From NCBI RefSeq assembly GCF_001194135.2, contig NC_068981.1, forward strand, positions 92,763,268 to 92,827,267: 64,000 nucleotides of DNA. Reading direction: 5' to 3'. Origin of the DNA: Octopus bimaculoides (taxonomy: Eukaryota). This document shows positions 27,500 through 40,625 of the stretch, piece by piece. The notes beneath the pieces are model-generated. The model made no database searches, was not told where the DNA came from, and saw only the letters and a program-made list of their open reading frames with translations. A program made the translations under genes and the position numbers. Within the stretch, counting starts at the first letter, position 1. Each line of letters opens with the position of its first letter.

Positions 27500-28200
27500 A
27501 TAAAATCGAAATTCAAATTGAATGATGCACAAATGTTAAAAAGAAATCTACAGCAAGGCATTGCATGCGTACTGCACGACAACACCGTATTCAAATCACG
27601 GAAGTATTATGGAAGGCACATTTATGTTATGGATAAAGCAAATTTTATAGAAATCAGTGCAAACATACTAATCAATCTATAGTATTTTATGATAAACAAT
27701 AGCAAGTTCCTAGGACAATAAAACTGACAAACTCATAGACAGGATTCATACTGAAAATATTTATATAAACAAAACGATAAGTGAATCATCACAGATCATA
27801 AAAACATCGGAACAGAACCAAACATGGAAACGACATAAAGCCAAGAAATTCACAGAGCTTAAATGAGACATATATGAGATGTAAAAGGGAAACAATTATA
27901 AGTACAAAATACACCCCCCACACAGGGTACTACATAAAATTAAAAACAAAGAGAAACATAAATAATAAAATGCAATAAAATGCACTGGGTAGTTTAGGAG
28001 AACGTGTAGAAACTCTTGGCGAAATGCGGAGATACACCAAAATTACAACATAGACCGCAGAGCCACAACAAACAGATTATACGTCAAAATATATCAGAGT
28101 GCCTTAAATGAATAATACGGAATGTAGATATGTACACATTGGAAAATTAATAAAAATGATCAATGTAAACACACACGCTTGGATTAAGCAAGTGACTTAA
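27500..28200 (+). mobile_element. possible very old Penelope-like RT remnant
   Basis: QQGIA...KYYGRHIYV loosely resembles PLE motifs B/C, within a strongly A-rich plus-strand block. Weak evidence. Confidence 0.25.
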
Positions 28201-29203
28201 CAAATGAATAATTTTAGTACGGTCCTGCAAGAAAATATACTGATGATAATATAGTGCCAGAATATCAATAGAACGGTCGATCCGTTCCATTCAGCGGCAT
28301 TGATAGTTGTGAGTGTAACTATAGTTCTGTTTGCAATGAAGTTAAATCTTGAACAAATGTCCATTGCAAGTCAATGAGAAAGCGCGTCACTTTAGGTTAA
28401 AATAAAAGTAAGAAAATTTTTAGCTTAATGAATGCGAATGTGAAATAGGAAATGGCAACTAAAATAAGTATGCACGACAAACCGAAAGCTACTCATAGCA
28501 GGAAATGCTGGAAAATAAGACACATCTGAGAAAGTAAAGTATCTGACCGAAATACGAAGAGTTTCTGCTAACGCATAAACAAAATATAATGCTATAACAT
28601 TTAACATCACAGATGGAGATTCATAAAAATACGCAACCTATCAGTAAGAGAAAGATCTTTAATATAATAGCACAAGCATGAGGCATGATATTCGGTAAGG
28701 AACTCATTAACACAGTGAAATGAACAAACGAATTGATAGGATCTGGAATTAACGTGTTCCATAATTAATGACTGAAGCAGATGATTAATTCCGATAGATA
28801 TATAGCATTAACTCCTAATGAAAGATTGTGCAGACCAAAATCAACAAATTATTGGATACTCGACACATTCTACACAAAGATGGAAGCCCAATTCATCAAC
28901 TACAACGTACCAGATTTGTAACTAAAAATATCACTAAAAGGCAATGTAAAGACAATTGAAAGCCAGCTCCAAAGACGTAAGAGGAGAGAATAGATTCAAT
29001 ATAAATTGAGCGTTAAGTGACTTGAAAAGATTAAACAAAAAGTGACACATCCCCTGAGAGCCTTCTGCCTTCATATTCCCGAGGCTGATAGACACGTACA
29101 TACATATGGAGGTACACACGCATGGAAAGACACGCGCTTGCAATTCACGCTCGCGCACATGCACACATATACAGGTACACACGCATAGAAACACACGTGA
29201 TTC

Positions 29204-29239
<36 letters not shown>

Positions 29240-29544
29240 TATATATATACATAGCATATGCTTAAGTATAGTGCTCCCTGATATCTAATAAAAATATACA
29301 ATTAGAATAAGATAATAAGTATGGAAGCATGAAAACATTTAGAAGTTACCAAGAGAAGTGTGTCTGTAAAGTTAATAAAGAAATATGAAGAAGCACACTA
29401 ACTCTTTACTCTGTATACGAAAGCAAAAAGTGCAAAGTAGAAAGTAAATGAGGTAAAAATGTTACATCGTAAGAAAACAAAAGAAGAGGTTTTAATCAGA
29501 TCACTCAAAACAAAATCTTATAAGAAGAATAAATACATAACCGT

Positions 29545-29589
29545 CGTACGCTGACGAAGGGTAAATACCCAAAAACTCGAATCCGTGCG
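29545..29589 (+). ncRNA. degenerate minimal type-I hammerhead ribozyme motif (Penelope-associated type)
   Basis: cgtacg-CTGACGA-a-gggt(aaat)accc-aaaaac-tcga-atc-cgtgcg. Stems I and II pair and a palindromic TCGA replaces helix III. The GAAAC and GUC core positions appear mutated. Confidence 0.6.
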
Positions 29590-30668
29590 TATCACATTAG
29601 ATCGAGGATGGGAAGGATGACTTCCCTTTGCAAATACCGACAGGGCACAGATGTGTGTCAATAGCCAGCTGGAGGAGATGTTCTCCCGGGACTAAAAGCA
29701 ACAGTAACATTCACCCTTAGGGTTTTAGCCGCATTTAAGTGGCAAATATACTTCACGTTGTCGTGGAGTTACTGTTTATACCTCGCTCAGAGATTTAACA
29801 TTGCTTAAAAATACATAACCAATATCTCAAGAGACTTGGAAGAGAGGAAGTAATTAAGAGTGAGTGTCAGCAATTTCAAAAAACTCTGGGCTAGAAGCAG
29901 AAGCAGAATACGTTATACTAATTGCCACTGATTACTGCTTATCCACGAGAAACTAGAGAAGGAAACTCGTGTAAGTAACCTCGATTCTTGCTAAGTCTTT
30001 GCGTAGCTTCAGATACAATCGATTTGACATTTAACTCTACATGGTCATTAAATAAGATTTTAATTTCACAAGAAGAAGAATTGGTATAAATGTATGTCAA
30101 TATTGTATAAACATATACTAAATGGTAGAAACTGACATCAATATGATAATGTCCGAACGCTATCTCCTTTAACATGTCTGTCTAAAGTAATGCATAGGTT
30201 AACGCGAATAGTGAATCAAAGATTGCCACGAAAACATGTGTATAGTAAAGAAAATTACTAGTGGAATATACAATCTATATATTTTAACAAACCATGACTC
30301 AAAAAGTGTTTCAGAGACTCTAAAATATGATGTGAACATTGGGATAGTTTGATACTACTTCGAAAATTAAGCAAAATGAACATTACTATTATTAAACTCA
30401 ATAACAATTATCATAAAATAAATATGAGCAAAGACATAAAAAATAAACCAGGACTCATAAAATCACGCATAGTTAACAAAGGTAGCTCTTACTCTAATAC
30501 GTATATCACACCTCCTACACAAGTTTGATCCAAAACAATAGCGTATGTCGAGCGACTCCCTATTGTGTTCATAATATATAGCAATGGTAATGATGCAATT
30601 CAAAAGAAATACATACCACATGATCAAGAAATAATTGTATTTCACAGGGCATACGATTACATAGCTGA

Positions 30669-30777
30669 TAACTTACGCTCATACTCTACAGAATCCATGA
30701 TAACTGGTAACTTACGCTCATACTCTACAGAATCCATGATAACTGGTAACTTACGCTCATATTCTACAGAATCTATG
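30669..30777. repeat. 39-bp minisatellite, ~2.8 copies
   Basis: Unit taacttacgctcatactctacagaatccatgataactgg at 30669, 30708 and 30747. Confidence 0.95.
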
Positions 30778-31041
30778 CGCCACATATTCTAAGTATTCAC
30801 AGTATAATACTAAAGCACAAATTACACCAATCACGCCTTTTACGAATAACATAATCAACAACAAAATCCAACTACCCCATCTGTATACAAGAGACGTGGC
30901 ACTATATATAAACATGCCGCACAAACTCATATTAAGCTGTTCAACACGACGACAATATTACATAGTAATAATATGAATGATGTGGAGAGGAGGATGTTTA
31001 ATAAAATACGAAAAGAACAACAGCAAAATTTTCTCCGGATA

Positions 31042-31150
31042 GAGGCCTAAAGCCAGTAATTTTAAATGTATTATTTAGTCGATGCCATCGACCCCAGTGC
31101 TTTTCTGGTACTTCATTTCATGGATCTTTCAGTTATGAAAACCAAATTTT
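31042..31150 (-). mobile_element. SINE family A fragment
   Basis: agtcgatgccatcgaccccagtgcttttctggtacttcatttcatggatc matches the family A core. Confidence 0.6.
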
Positions 31151-32340
31151 CCCCAAGACCAATATTAACACTAATCATTTTATACTATCCTTTTAATATT
31201 AATGTTAAAAGCTGGACTCTTTGTGTGATATAACACGTATAAAGAGAATAAAAGTCACGGTTATAGCTTCAATATTATAATATAGTGGAAGTTAAGTGAA
31301 CTGCAGTTCTTAAGTATAAATAGTAGGATTAAAAAATATTCAATAGCATAATCAGAAAACGAAGCTAAAAATTTTTCTTGATATATATATATATATATAT
31401 TTAAGAGAAGAATGAAGTTCAGTTTGGAAACGTACCATATGAAGACGACTATTTGAAATAAAATCAGACAATATAAAAGTTTCAAACAGAAGGAAAGCAC
31501 GAAACCAAAACGGAATACCAAATAATGCTAATGAAAATATGAAGAGCAAAACAGTCAATGGCCAAGACACACCATAATTCAGCAATGTACTTGGCACAAA
31601 GATTGAATGCCAACAAACAAGACAGTTTCATTTCGATCGTGCCAATTAAACAGTGCGCTCGTTACTCATAACTCACTGCTTATGCATGAAAAACCGGATA
31701 AAATAACACAGATTACACCATACATACGCTAAGGAATCATCACCAAGCAATATATTAGACCGTACTCTGTACAATAAAAACGCTGTAAAATAGCAGAGTG
31801 CATAATCTTGCGCCATCGATATCCAACTCTATAACACAAAACATCATTCATGCAAAATTTACGTAACTCAAACACCACCCAAATACATTAACAAATCTCA
31901 TATTTCACCTCCTCAGCAAAAAAAAAGAAGCCTAAACACTAAAATAGTAGCAGAAATAACAAAACAAATACCAAAACATATACACCTGGTATATTTTAAC
32001 AGCCACTTTCTTGCCTTCAAGAGAATGTTACACTCATTCACTGGGTGCACAAGCAAATGATATATTTTTTTTTTCAATCTCGTCTACTGCTGTCGGTATC
32101 TTCGTTATTGAAGTTTTTTTAATTTCATTGTTTCACTTGATGTGTTTGGTAGTTTCTGCTGTTGTTGTTGCTAATGAAGATGGCTATGAAAATGTTCTTA
32201 TTATCATATTTTTCGTGTGATGTCAATTCTTTTTGTGCTGTGACTGCAACAGTAATAGTTGTTACCATAACACTGATTTTTTTCTTTCTTTTTAATGCTA
32301 TTGCTGAGCTGTTGTTACAATCTCTTTCTCTTTCTCTTTA

Positions 32341-32373
<33 letters not shown>

Positions 32374-32740
32374 AACTGTAACTCTCGTACACCCACTCGC
32401 GCTCGCACACAAACATCCTCTTGCCCTTTGATTCACCTTTTATATCTCATTTCCTTCCGACACGAAGAGCATGAAGCCATAATTGGATTCCATGTTGGCT
32501 TCTTTGCATTTTTGGTTGTGCAAATTACAGATATTTCAAGAACAAACAAAAAACTCCTTTCCAAAAACGATTCTAGCCGAAAGGGGTTAGTAACATCGAA
32601 AGAAAAAATAACACACCACTCTATTGTAGTTCAGCTCCTCAGAAACATTTTCATTAAAGAACAATGCTGCAAATACTTGTTAGAGTGAAAGAAAACGTCA
32701 CCTCATTGCTGAAACCGCCGAATGCTCTAAATTTGTGGCG

Positions 32741-32810
<70 letters not shown>

Positions 32811-32817
32811 TGATGAT
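32741..32817. repeat. (TAA)n/(TGA)n microsatellite
   Basis: Direct reading. Confidence 0.95.
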
Positions 32818-32859
32818 GTTTATTTGTTTATTTTTATATTTTTTTACTTATTTTTAGTG

Positions 32860-34022
32860 TTGCTTAATATGTTTTGATAACATTGCTGTTTCTTTTCGGA
32901 TATCATCAGAAAAAAGTAATTAAAATTCATTATAATGACAGATCTATCGGACTTTCAAAGAGGTCAAATTCTTGGTGCTCGTATGACAAGTGCTAGCGTA
33001 ACGAAAACAACCGAAATGTTTGGTCTACCACGAAGTACTGTCTCGAAGGTAATGACAGCTTTTGAGAAAGAGGGGAAAAAACTCGTCGTCCAAGAGAAAC
33101 TCTGGAAGAAATCCAAAACTTTCAGATATGGACCGTCGGACTTTTACGCGGATTGTTAGAAAGGATCACAAAAATACATTTCCAAAATTACTGCACACCT
33201 TAATATCCACTTCGAGAACCCGATTTCTACAAAACCTGTTCGCCGTTTACTCCACAAAGTCGGATTTCACGAGAGGGTTGCAAACAGAAAACCACTACTT
33301 TCAAAAACAAACGTTGCAAAGCGTTTAAATTGGAGTAAAAACCTACAGAATTGGTCCGTAGAGCAGTGGAAGAATGTTATTTTCTCGGACGAGTCATTCT
33401 TTACTTTATTTCCGATCACCGGCCGAGTAAACGTGTAGAGACAGCCAAAAGAAGCATTTGACCCACACTGCCTTCTTCTAGCACTAAAAAAATGAGGAGG
33501 ATCTGTGATGATCTGTGTGGGGTCATATCTTAGAATTCCGCCGGCTCAATGGTTTCCCTTCATTGCAGAATTAATAGTCAAGACTATTTGAGCATTTTAT
33601 CTGATCAAATTCATCCTATAGTTGAGGAACTGTCTCCGGGTAGAAACGCAATATTCCCGGAAGATAATGCATCAATTCACACAACTAAAGTAGTTACTGA
33701 ATGGCACGAGGAACATTCTAGTGAAGTTGAGAATCTTATCTGGCCACCACAGTCCCCGGATATCAATATTATTGAACATTTATGGTGCATTTTAGAAAAA
33801 CATGTAAGGAGTCGATATCCTCCACCATCATCACTACAAGAACTGGAGACTGTCTTAGCTCACGAATGGACAACAATTCCTTTGGAAACAATTCAAAACT
33901 TTGTGCGAGTCCATACCTCGTAGAATTCAAGCTGTAATTACTGCCAAAGACAGTCCTACCCCATATTAAAATAAATTTGTTTGAAATTTTATTTAAGTGT
34001 TTCCATTATTTTGTCCAACCCT

Positions 34023-34024
<2 letters not shown>
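32860..34024 (+). mobile_element. Tc1-like DNA transposon, 5' TIR missing, 3' TIR followed by TA and (TA)n
   Basis: 3' end agtgtttccattattttgtccaacccttg|TA at about 33996-34026. No reverse-complement TIR was seen upstream, where a (TAA)n tract lies. Confidence 0.85.
32935..33968 (+). pseudogene. Tc1/mariner-superfamily transposase pseudogene, DD36E triad
   Basis: MTDLSDFQRGQILGARM...STVSKV (HTH), GRNPKLS, FSDES, DNASIHT (D at 33663), WPPQSPDINIIEHLW (E at 33774), ending PTPY*. Several frameshifts and stops. Confidence 0.92.
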
Positions 34025-34069
<45 letters not shown>

Positions 34070-34249
34070 ACGTTGATCCTCACCAGTTGTCATATAGTAA
34101 AGAAATACTTGCGAGTGGTGTCAGTAAATATAATGAGAGAAATAGATGACCGAAAGAGTTCATTTTCGTGCTTATAATGTGTTATATCTGATCAGATCCA
34201 CATTCCCACAATGGAGCGAGTTCCTTGTTGTGGACGTTGTACCAATTGT

Positions 34250-35330
34250 TATAAGGAGTTAGCCTGTAGTTTTGGTTGCCCAGTTCCGGCAACTGTCAAC
34301 AAAAACGATTTGATGTCTTTCTGCTGGCAAAATCAACAAAATCAAAAAGAAAGACTTATGAACAACAAATCTCAGAAAACGTTATTGTTCTCAAACGAAA
34401 ATGAGAAGGAGATTCAATAGGAAATATGCCCATTGTACTCAGAGCATATACAATCTCCGATATTCACGGCAGTAATGTCACATCTCTGGTTATAGCAAAG
34501 GATGTCACCTTATATTCCAGCCACAGACCAGTAAGTCGAGACATCGTTTCCCTAGAATAACTAGCATCAGTATCCCATCTTCTGAAGACGTTTAGGCAAT
34601 ACTTATTGAATAAGATTTTCAAAGTGCCCAGAGAAGAAACGAATAAAACAAATCGACGACACACTCAAAAGATATTCAAATGTTAGCTGAATAAATACAA
34701 GAAAGTATAATGAAGTTGCCTCTCCCGAGAACTAAGGCATATTTTGAAGAAGCGAACAAAGTAAAAAAAATGACACTGGAGATTGGAAAGGCTGGTTTAA
34801 CGCTTGAAAAGAGAATATAACATGCCAACAAGAAAAGATAAGAAGTTCGTAGTGATGGGATAGAACTTTAGCACTCCGACACTATCTCAAAAAAACAAGA
34901 CCAACACTACCAACACCATCGTCACCATCACAATCCCCACCATCACTATCAACCACAACCATCACAAACATATACGAATTCCATTTTGCATCCAAAACAA
35001 GAACAGCAGCAAAGAAATATTACTAACGTTACTGCCATAAACACAAGTAAAACATTTAATGAAACATGTACATTAATACACAGACATAAATCAAGGTGAT
35101 TTCATCACACCAACAGATGGCACAGCGAAGAAACTAGAAAGAAACATTATCCTAAACAACACATAAATATACAATATGATAAAAAAATAAATATCCCGAT
35201 AGAACATTAGACATCAGAAACAACGTCATCATAAGTTTTATATACAACTGTTTATGGAAACAACCAGAGATATCCATAGGTTGTCCATATTTTAATATTG
35301 CCGTCTACATAAATCACAAGAAACTTAGAA
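34250..35330 (+). mobile_element. possible decayed Penelope-like RT region
   Basis: SLVIAKDVTLYS near 34490 resembles motif A, with a weak G.S.GCP-like stretch near 35270. Otherwise unalignable by eye. Confidence 0.25.
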
Positions 35331-35371
35331 GAATCGCAAAGAAAAGGCTTCGTAACCGCCGTGCTTGCGGC

Positions 35372-35459
35372 GAGTCGACCAATTCTTTAACGTGAGTTGA
35401 CCAATTCTTTAACGCAAGTTGACCAAGTCTTTAAAGCGAGTTGACCATTTCTTTAACGT
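35372..35459. repeat. 22-bp tandem repeat x4
   Basis: Units gagtcgaccaattctttaacgt / gagttgaccaattctttaacgc / aagttgaccaagtctttaaagc / gagttgaccatttctttaacgt. Confidence 0.95.
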
Positions 35460-36999
35460 AAATCACGAATTTTGCGTTGTCACAGTAAAGTCACATGCTC
35501 ACAGATACGATAGACCGAAAGCCGCCATATGAATTCGAGTGGCAGAGGCACTGTATTGAAAACAAATTCTTTCAAATAATCTCACATTCTGTCTTCTACC
35601 TTTCTAGATGTTTTTGTGACCTTAAGTGGTTAAGGAACGAAACATTATTATCATTATTATTATTATTATCAATATTCTTATTAGTAGTAGTAGTACTAGT
35701 AGTAGATGTAGTAGTAGGTGTTGTTGTTGTAGCATCAGCAGCAGCAGTAGGAGGAGGAGGAGGGAAGAGGGGCAGTTAGTGTTAGTTGTGGTTGTATTTT
35801 TATATCTCAAGGTGAGTTTAATTGAATAGCTAGATTCAAACATTATCATCAGAGACGCTTAACGAGAATGTTGAGGAAGCTTAACATGATTAAAAAAAGA
35901 ATTAATGAAAGCAAAAACATTGAAATAAAACAAGCCAGTTGAAAACTAGTCCTCTGAGTTATTTCATATAAATAATATAATACAAAGAACTAATGTAATA
36001 CAAAAAAATGGTTCATTTTCTACGTACCATGCTAGACTACTTTGTTCAGGTGTAAACAAAATAACAAAAGACCGTATGTCAGTCTATGTTTAGACATATT
36101 AATCATCGTCACACACTACACACCACATAAAGGAAAAAAGAGGAATTGAAATGGTTTTATTCAAGTGAAAATTAGCCGAGCAAAATTTATTTTGAATGTT
36201 ATGAACGAAAATAACGAAAAATGTACTTAGAAAAACTTGGCACCGCAAAAAGATAATACACCATATTTTGAAGAAAGTTTCCATTTATCAAATACAGGAT
36301 CAGACTTTAACTCATAAACTGAAGAGCATACACGTTATTAGAAGATTGTATTCATGTTCACCATATTTATTTTACAGTCACATTCTACCTAAAATTTCTA
36401 AGCCCGACGGAAAATATTGAATATAAAGATAACGTTAGTAAGAGAATAGCAAACCTATAGAGATATACACTTAATTATAACACAATACCAGATATCAAAT
36501 TATAATGCAGAAACCAACACTAAACCAATGTAACAATGAACGCACTAGATCTAGTGCGTGCAGTAGAGTCAAAATAGATAAACAAAGCAAAACTCTGGTG
36601 ACCCTACAAAATACTGACTAATAACATCCGAAGCATCATAACAGCGGCAGAAATGCGAATAAAAGAGAAGCTGAGGCAGATAAAATTATAGAAATTCTAA
36701 ATCATTCATCCGAATATATATGGTGATAGAAATAATTTCAAGCAATAGTCTCTAGAGAGCAAGATACAAGTAACTTCAACTGTGAGAACTCACTAATAAG
36801 TTAGCAATAAATGCAATGTGCGGGCCTCGCCATATCAGACTTAATGAAGATAAACGTGAACATAAATGGAACCATGTTAAACGGAATAATAAGTGCAGTA
36901 GCCACAAATGTTACACAGGAAAACGGGTACCCTTTCAGAATACCAAAAGTTTGAAATACCGAAATACAAACAAGATATGGAAAGAGAAGTAAAAGATCA

Positions 37000-38800
37000 A
37001 AAATAAATAAAAACCTCTCCCTATCAATGAGGAATATCGACTGAAGACAACGATGTAAGTACTACAGAAATATGCCATAAAAAAGGAATAGTCTAAGTCA
37101 AAAAACAATCCATTGAAGCAAGAGTTGAGCAAAACAAGCAGCTCGACATCAATCTAAAACGAATTTATCAAAGAATAGTAAGAAATAAAATAGTAATTGC
37201 AGCACCGACATGCAGTATACTTCAAACTAGTATGTGCAGCGAATGTAAGCCGAGCCCATGTAGAATGCACAAACAAAATCATATATATATATATATATAT
37301 ATANNNNNNNNNNNNNNNNNNNNNNNNNNNNNNNNNNNNNNNNNNNNNNNNNNNNNNNNNNNNNNNNNNTATATATGTATATATATATATATGATATGCT
37401 AACCACGAACAGAGAATGACAAACTCTCCGTTGTAAGACTATATAATGTGTAAAAAGAGAAATAGAAAACCCGTAGGAACTGTTAAAATGCAAACGTAAT
37501 CCAATTTTCAAGAGAACTAACGCATGCAAGGCTGTTTCAGAAGTGCAAAAAAGCGAGAAATTATAATAATGATACAGGCAAAATACAAACGATATATGAA
37601 AGTGAATTTTAGGAAGAGATTAATACTTAAATGTGTTAAATGCAAAATATCTAGCTATCACGCTAGTGATTTATAATTATAACATTCTCAGCCTAACGTT
37701 ACACAAGTGAAATAAGAATTACAATGCCTCGATTCAAAGCCACACCTCAAAATGTAATGTAAAAAGATTATATTTATCCACTACTCAGAGACGTAGGGTC
37801 TTACTCAATAAGAAACTTATAAAATCCCAGCAATTTTTAGCAAACAAACAATGGGAACACAAAAATATCTACAAAGAAACAGACATACAAAAAAACAAGC
37901 ATAAAAATGATTTAGTAGTATCAAAATTAACAGACATTTGTGAGTGAAGGGAGAAAATAAAACTTGTGAAGAGAATCATTAATGAATTAAGTATTAAGAT
38001 AAGTATTAGGTTATTTCATGCTAAAGTAAAATAGGCTTTTGCTGACACATACATGGAAAACACTTAGACGAATGCAGATACGGGAAAATTCGCACCATGG
38101 CTGAGAGGCACAAATCTCAATACTGACACAGAAGGATTACTTAGGCATAAATTCAAAGCCTTCCTACACAAAATCCCCAAATGTATGTAACGGAGTAAAA
38201 TATATTATCCCCAACATTTGTACCATTGTAATAATTCACAACCAAAGTGGAAAAAACAAGCACGTGCATGAGAGATTTAATACCTTCATACATATACTGA
38301 AATATAATCCAGCATTGTCAAATACTCAAAGAAATGAAGATATATATTCATTAGGTGACAGAGCATGGTAAATATACAATACCCTGATATATAACAATTT
38401 AAAAAAATATTACTGATAACCTGCATATAAGTATCATAGTCTAACAATATATAAAGTGACACCTAGTGGAGCACATTTCACAAGAAGTAAAACCTTTCCG
38501 AAATAAAGACCTAGTTATATAGAGAAATGTGGAATGAGAATACTAACGATACGTATAATATTAGGTGATTCGAAAATGATAACAATGCAGACAAATAATA
38601 CAGAAACAGGATTGCTACAGTTGCATAATGAAACAGCATGTACACAGTAGCAACCTAGATCACAGACGAAAAATTAAGGATTTTGGTACAAAAATCTATT
38701 CTGAATCAAATAACAAAATATCAGCATATATCGTGAAATTTGCAATGCACAATCAGTGATACAATGTAGGTACGCAATCCAAGTAATACAATTGAGCTCG
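37000..38800 (+). mobile_element. decayed R4/Dong-clade element (thumb to RLE region)
   Basis: HTSKCNVKRLYL at 37741 (cf. HP.ADV.RLYL) and PWLRGTNLNTDTEGLL at 38095 (cf. WL..G.L..ETEG). Confidence 0.5.
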
Positions 38801-38814
38801 TATAGTAAGAAGTT

Positions 38815-39035
38815 TGATCTCCAACTACATAGTTCTGCGTCCAGACCCACTGCGTGCCACCTTGGGTAATTGCCTTTTAAGCCGTCAGAGTGAATTTCTT
38901 AGTCGAAGACTGAAAAGAGTCAGTCATATGAGTGTATGTGTGCCTATTTGTGTGTGTATTTTTGTTCGTATGTATGTCTTTATGTCTGCGTTTATCTCCT
39001 ACCACTGTTTGATAGCTGGTGTTGGTGAGAATAAG
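38815..39035 (+). mobile_element. SINE family B fragment (old)
   Basis: ccaactacatagttctgcgtccagacccactgcgtgccaccttgggtaattgcctt matches the head of family B. Confidence 0.6.
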
Positions 39036-39468
39036 TGCAATACTTTTAAAAATCCCAAAGAGGATGCGTTCGGCGAAAATACTTCAACGCTGTGCTCTAG
39101 CATGTTCGCCGTATAATGAGCCAAAATAAATATGTAAGAACAATTTTCTTTTATATTTATGATAGGATCTCTGTTACTTTGGTGTTCATAACGTTTTATC
39201 AATTTGCTTTTTAGTTATTTTAGAAATATGCCAGGATCAAAATTTAGAGGAAAATACACTGTGCTAAATATACTGCAATATAATGGCAATCGTGTTGAGC
39301 TCTTCCGGTGATAATGGATATGCAAGCATACTATGCTCATAGGATATGATATAGGCAATAACAAAATAAGTAAGAGTTTATCAGGAATGAAATCTGAATT
39401 AGGCAGAAAATGGAGAAGACTTTTCATCAAGAAACAAATTGACTACCATCGGCTTTTATTGTTTTGTA

Positions 39469-40625
39469 CAAAAATTTAACATTGGTAACAGCCGTTTCTA
39501 CTATCTATGTCAGCCGGTGCTGCCAAAGAAAATTATGAGAACATATTTGTCATCCTTTATAGCACATACGATATGGTATATGGAGCTTCAAGAGATTGGT
39601 GGATACAAACACTTAAAATAAAAGAAGAGGAAAGATGAAAGAACATAGCTTCGAGATGAGGAGAGCAGTTTTAATAAACTAGGATCATACCATTCTGCAG
39701 TGTAAAGCTTGAAGTCGATGACCAAATGAATAAACTAGAAAAATAATTGGTGAGTTAATCTTTCTTTAGGGGTACCAGGGTGTATAAATAATGATAAAAT
39801 GAAACAAGTACCTAAGTATAACTGGATTCCCCAATACGTCTAGAAAAAGAATAGATTTAGTATCATAATTTGAAGGTAAATGCCCTAGCAAATACCTCTC
39901 CTAACGGTAATCTCCCTTTAACTTTTAGCTATTTACTATCGCACGGTACCTTTCATGCTAGGTTGGTTTATAATAACACAAGCGGCCTTGGACCACTTAT
40001 GATATAGGCTACTCCCCCACACTTCTATTTATTTCTTTATTTACATCTTCCCCTCTGACGGTATAAGTTGCCCTTGGTTTTAAATTAAACTGACCAGGGA
40101 TGGCTGGACTTTGGTCAATTCCATTACAGACAACCGGTGGTTGGTCTTTAGAATACATTAGTAAGTACACTATTGTAACAACTTTATGGGTATGTCTTGG
40201 ATAAATATTAATTATTGCAATTTACGAAATCATAAGTACTACTCTTTTTCTAAACCTTTTGGCGAATCCATGATACTTACGTACTAGTTTTATTTTCTTA
40301 TTATTTATACACTCTGGTAACCCTGAAGAAAGATTAACCCACCAGTTATTTTTCTAGTTTATTCCTTTGCTCATCGACTTCAAGCTTTACACTGAAAAAG
40401 GTTTGATTCTAGTTTATTAAGCCTTCTTTCCTCATCTCGACGCCCTGTTCTTTCATCTTTCCTCTTCTCTTCTTTTATTTCATGTGTTTGTATCCACTCT
40501 GATGAAGGTCCATGTACCAGATCGAATGTGCTATAAAGGATGACGAATATTATTCTCATAATTTTCTTTGGCAGCATCGACTGACGTGGGTACCAGAAAT
40601 GGCTGTTAGCAATGTTAACGTTTAG
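39469..40625. mobile_element. non-autonomous element with ~380-bp terminal inverted repeats flanked by TA (MITE/foldback-like, probably Tc1/mariner superfamily)
   Basis: Arms at 39469-39850 and 40243-40625. Exact 24-bp reverse-complement blocks at 39518-39541/40553-40576 and 39698-39721/40371-40394. TA at 39467-39468 and 40626-40627. Confidence 0.85.

Noticed and set aside
35372-35459. CRISPR-like appearance of the 22-bp repeats (also the 39-bp repeats at 30669)
   Set aside because: The units are directly adjacent with no unique spacers, there are no cas genes, and the context is eukaryotic.
36540-36559. Perfect 20-bp palindrome acgcactagatctagtgcgt
   Set aside because: It is short and isolated, with no associated element structure.
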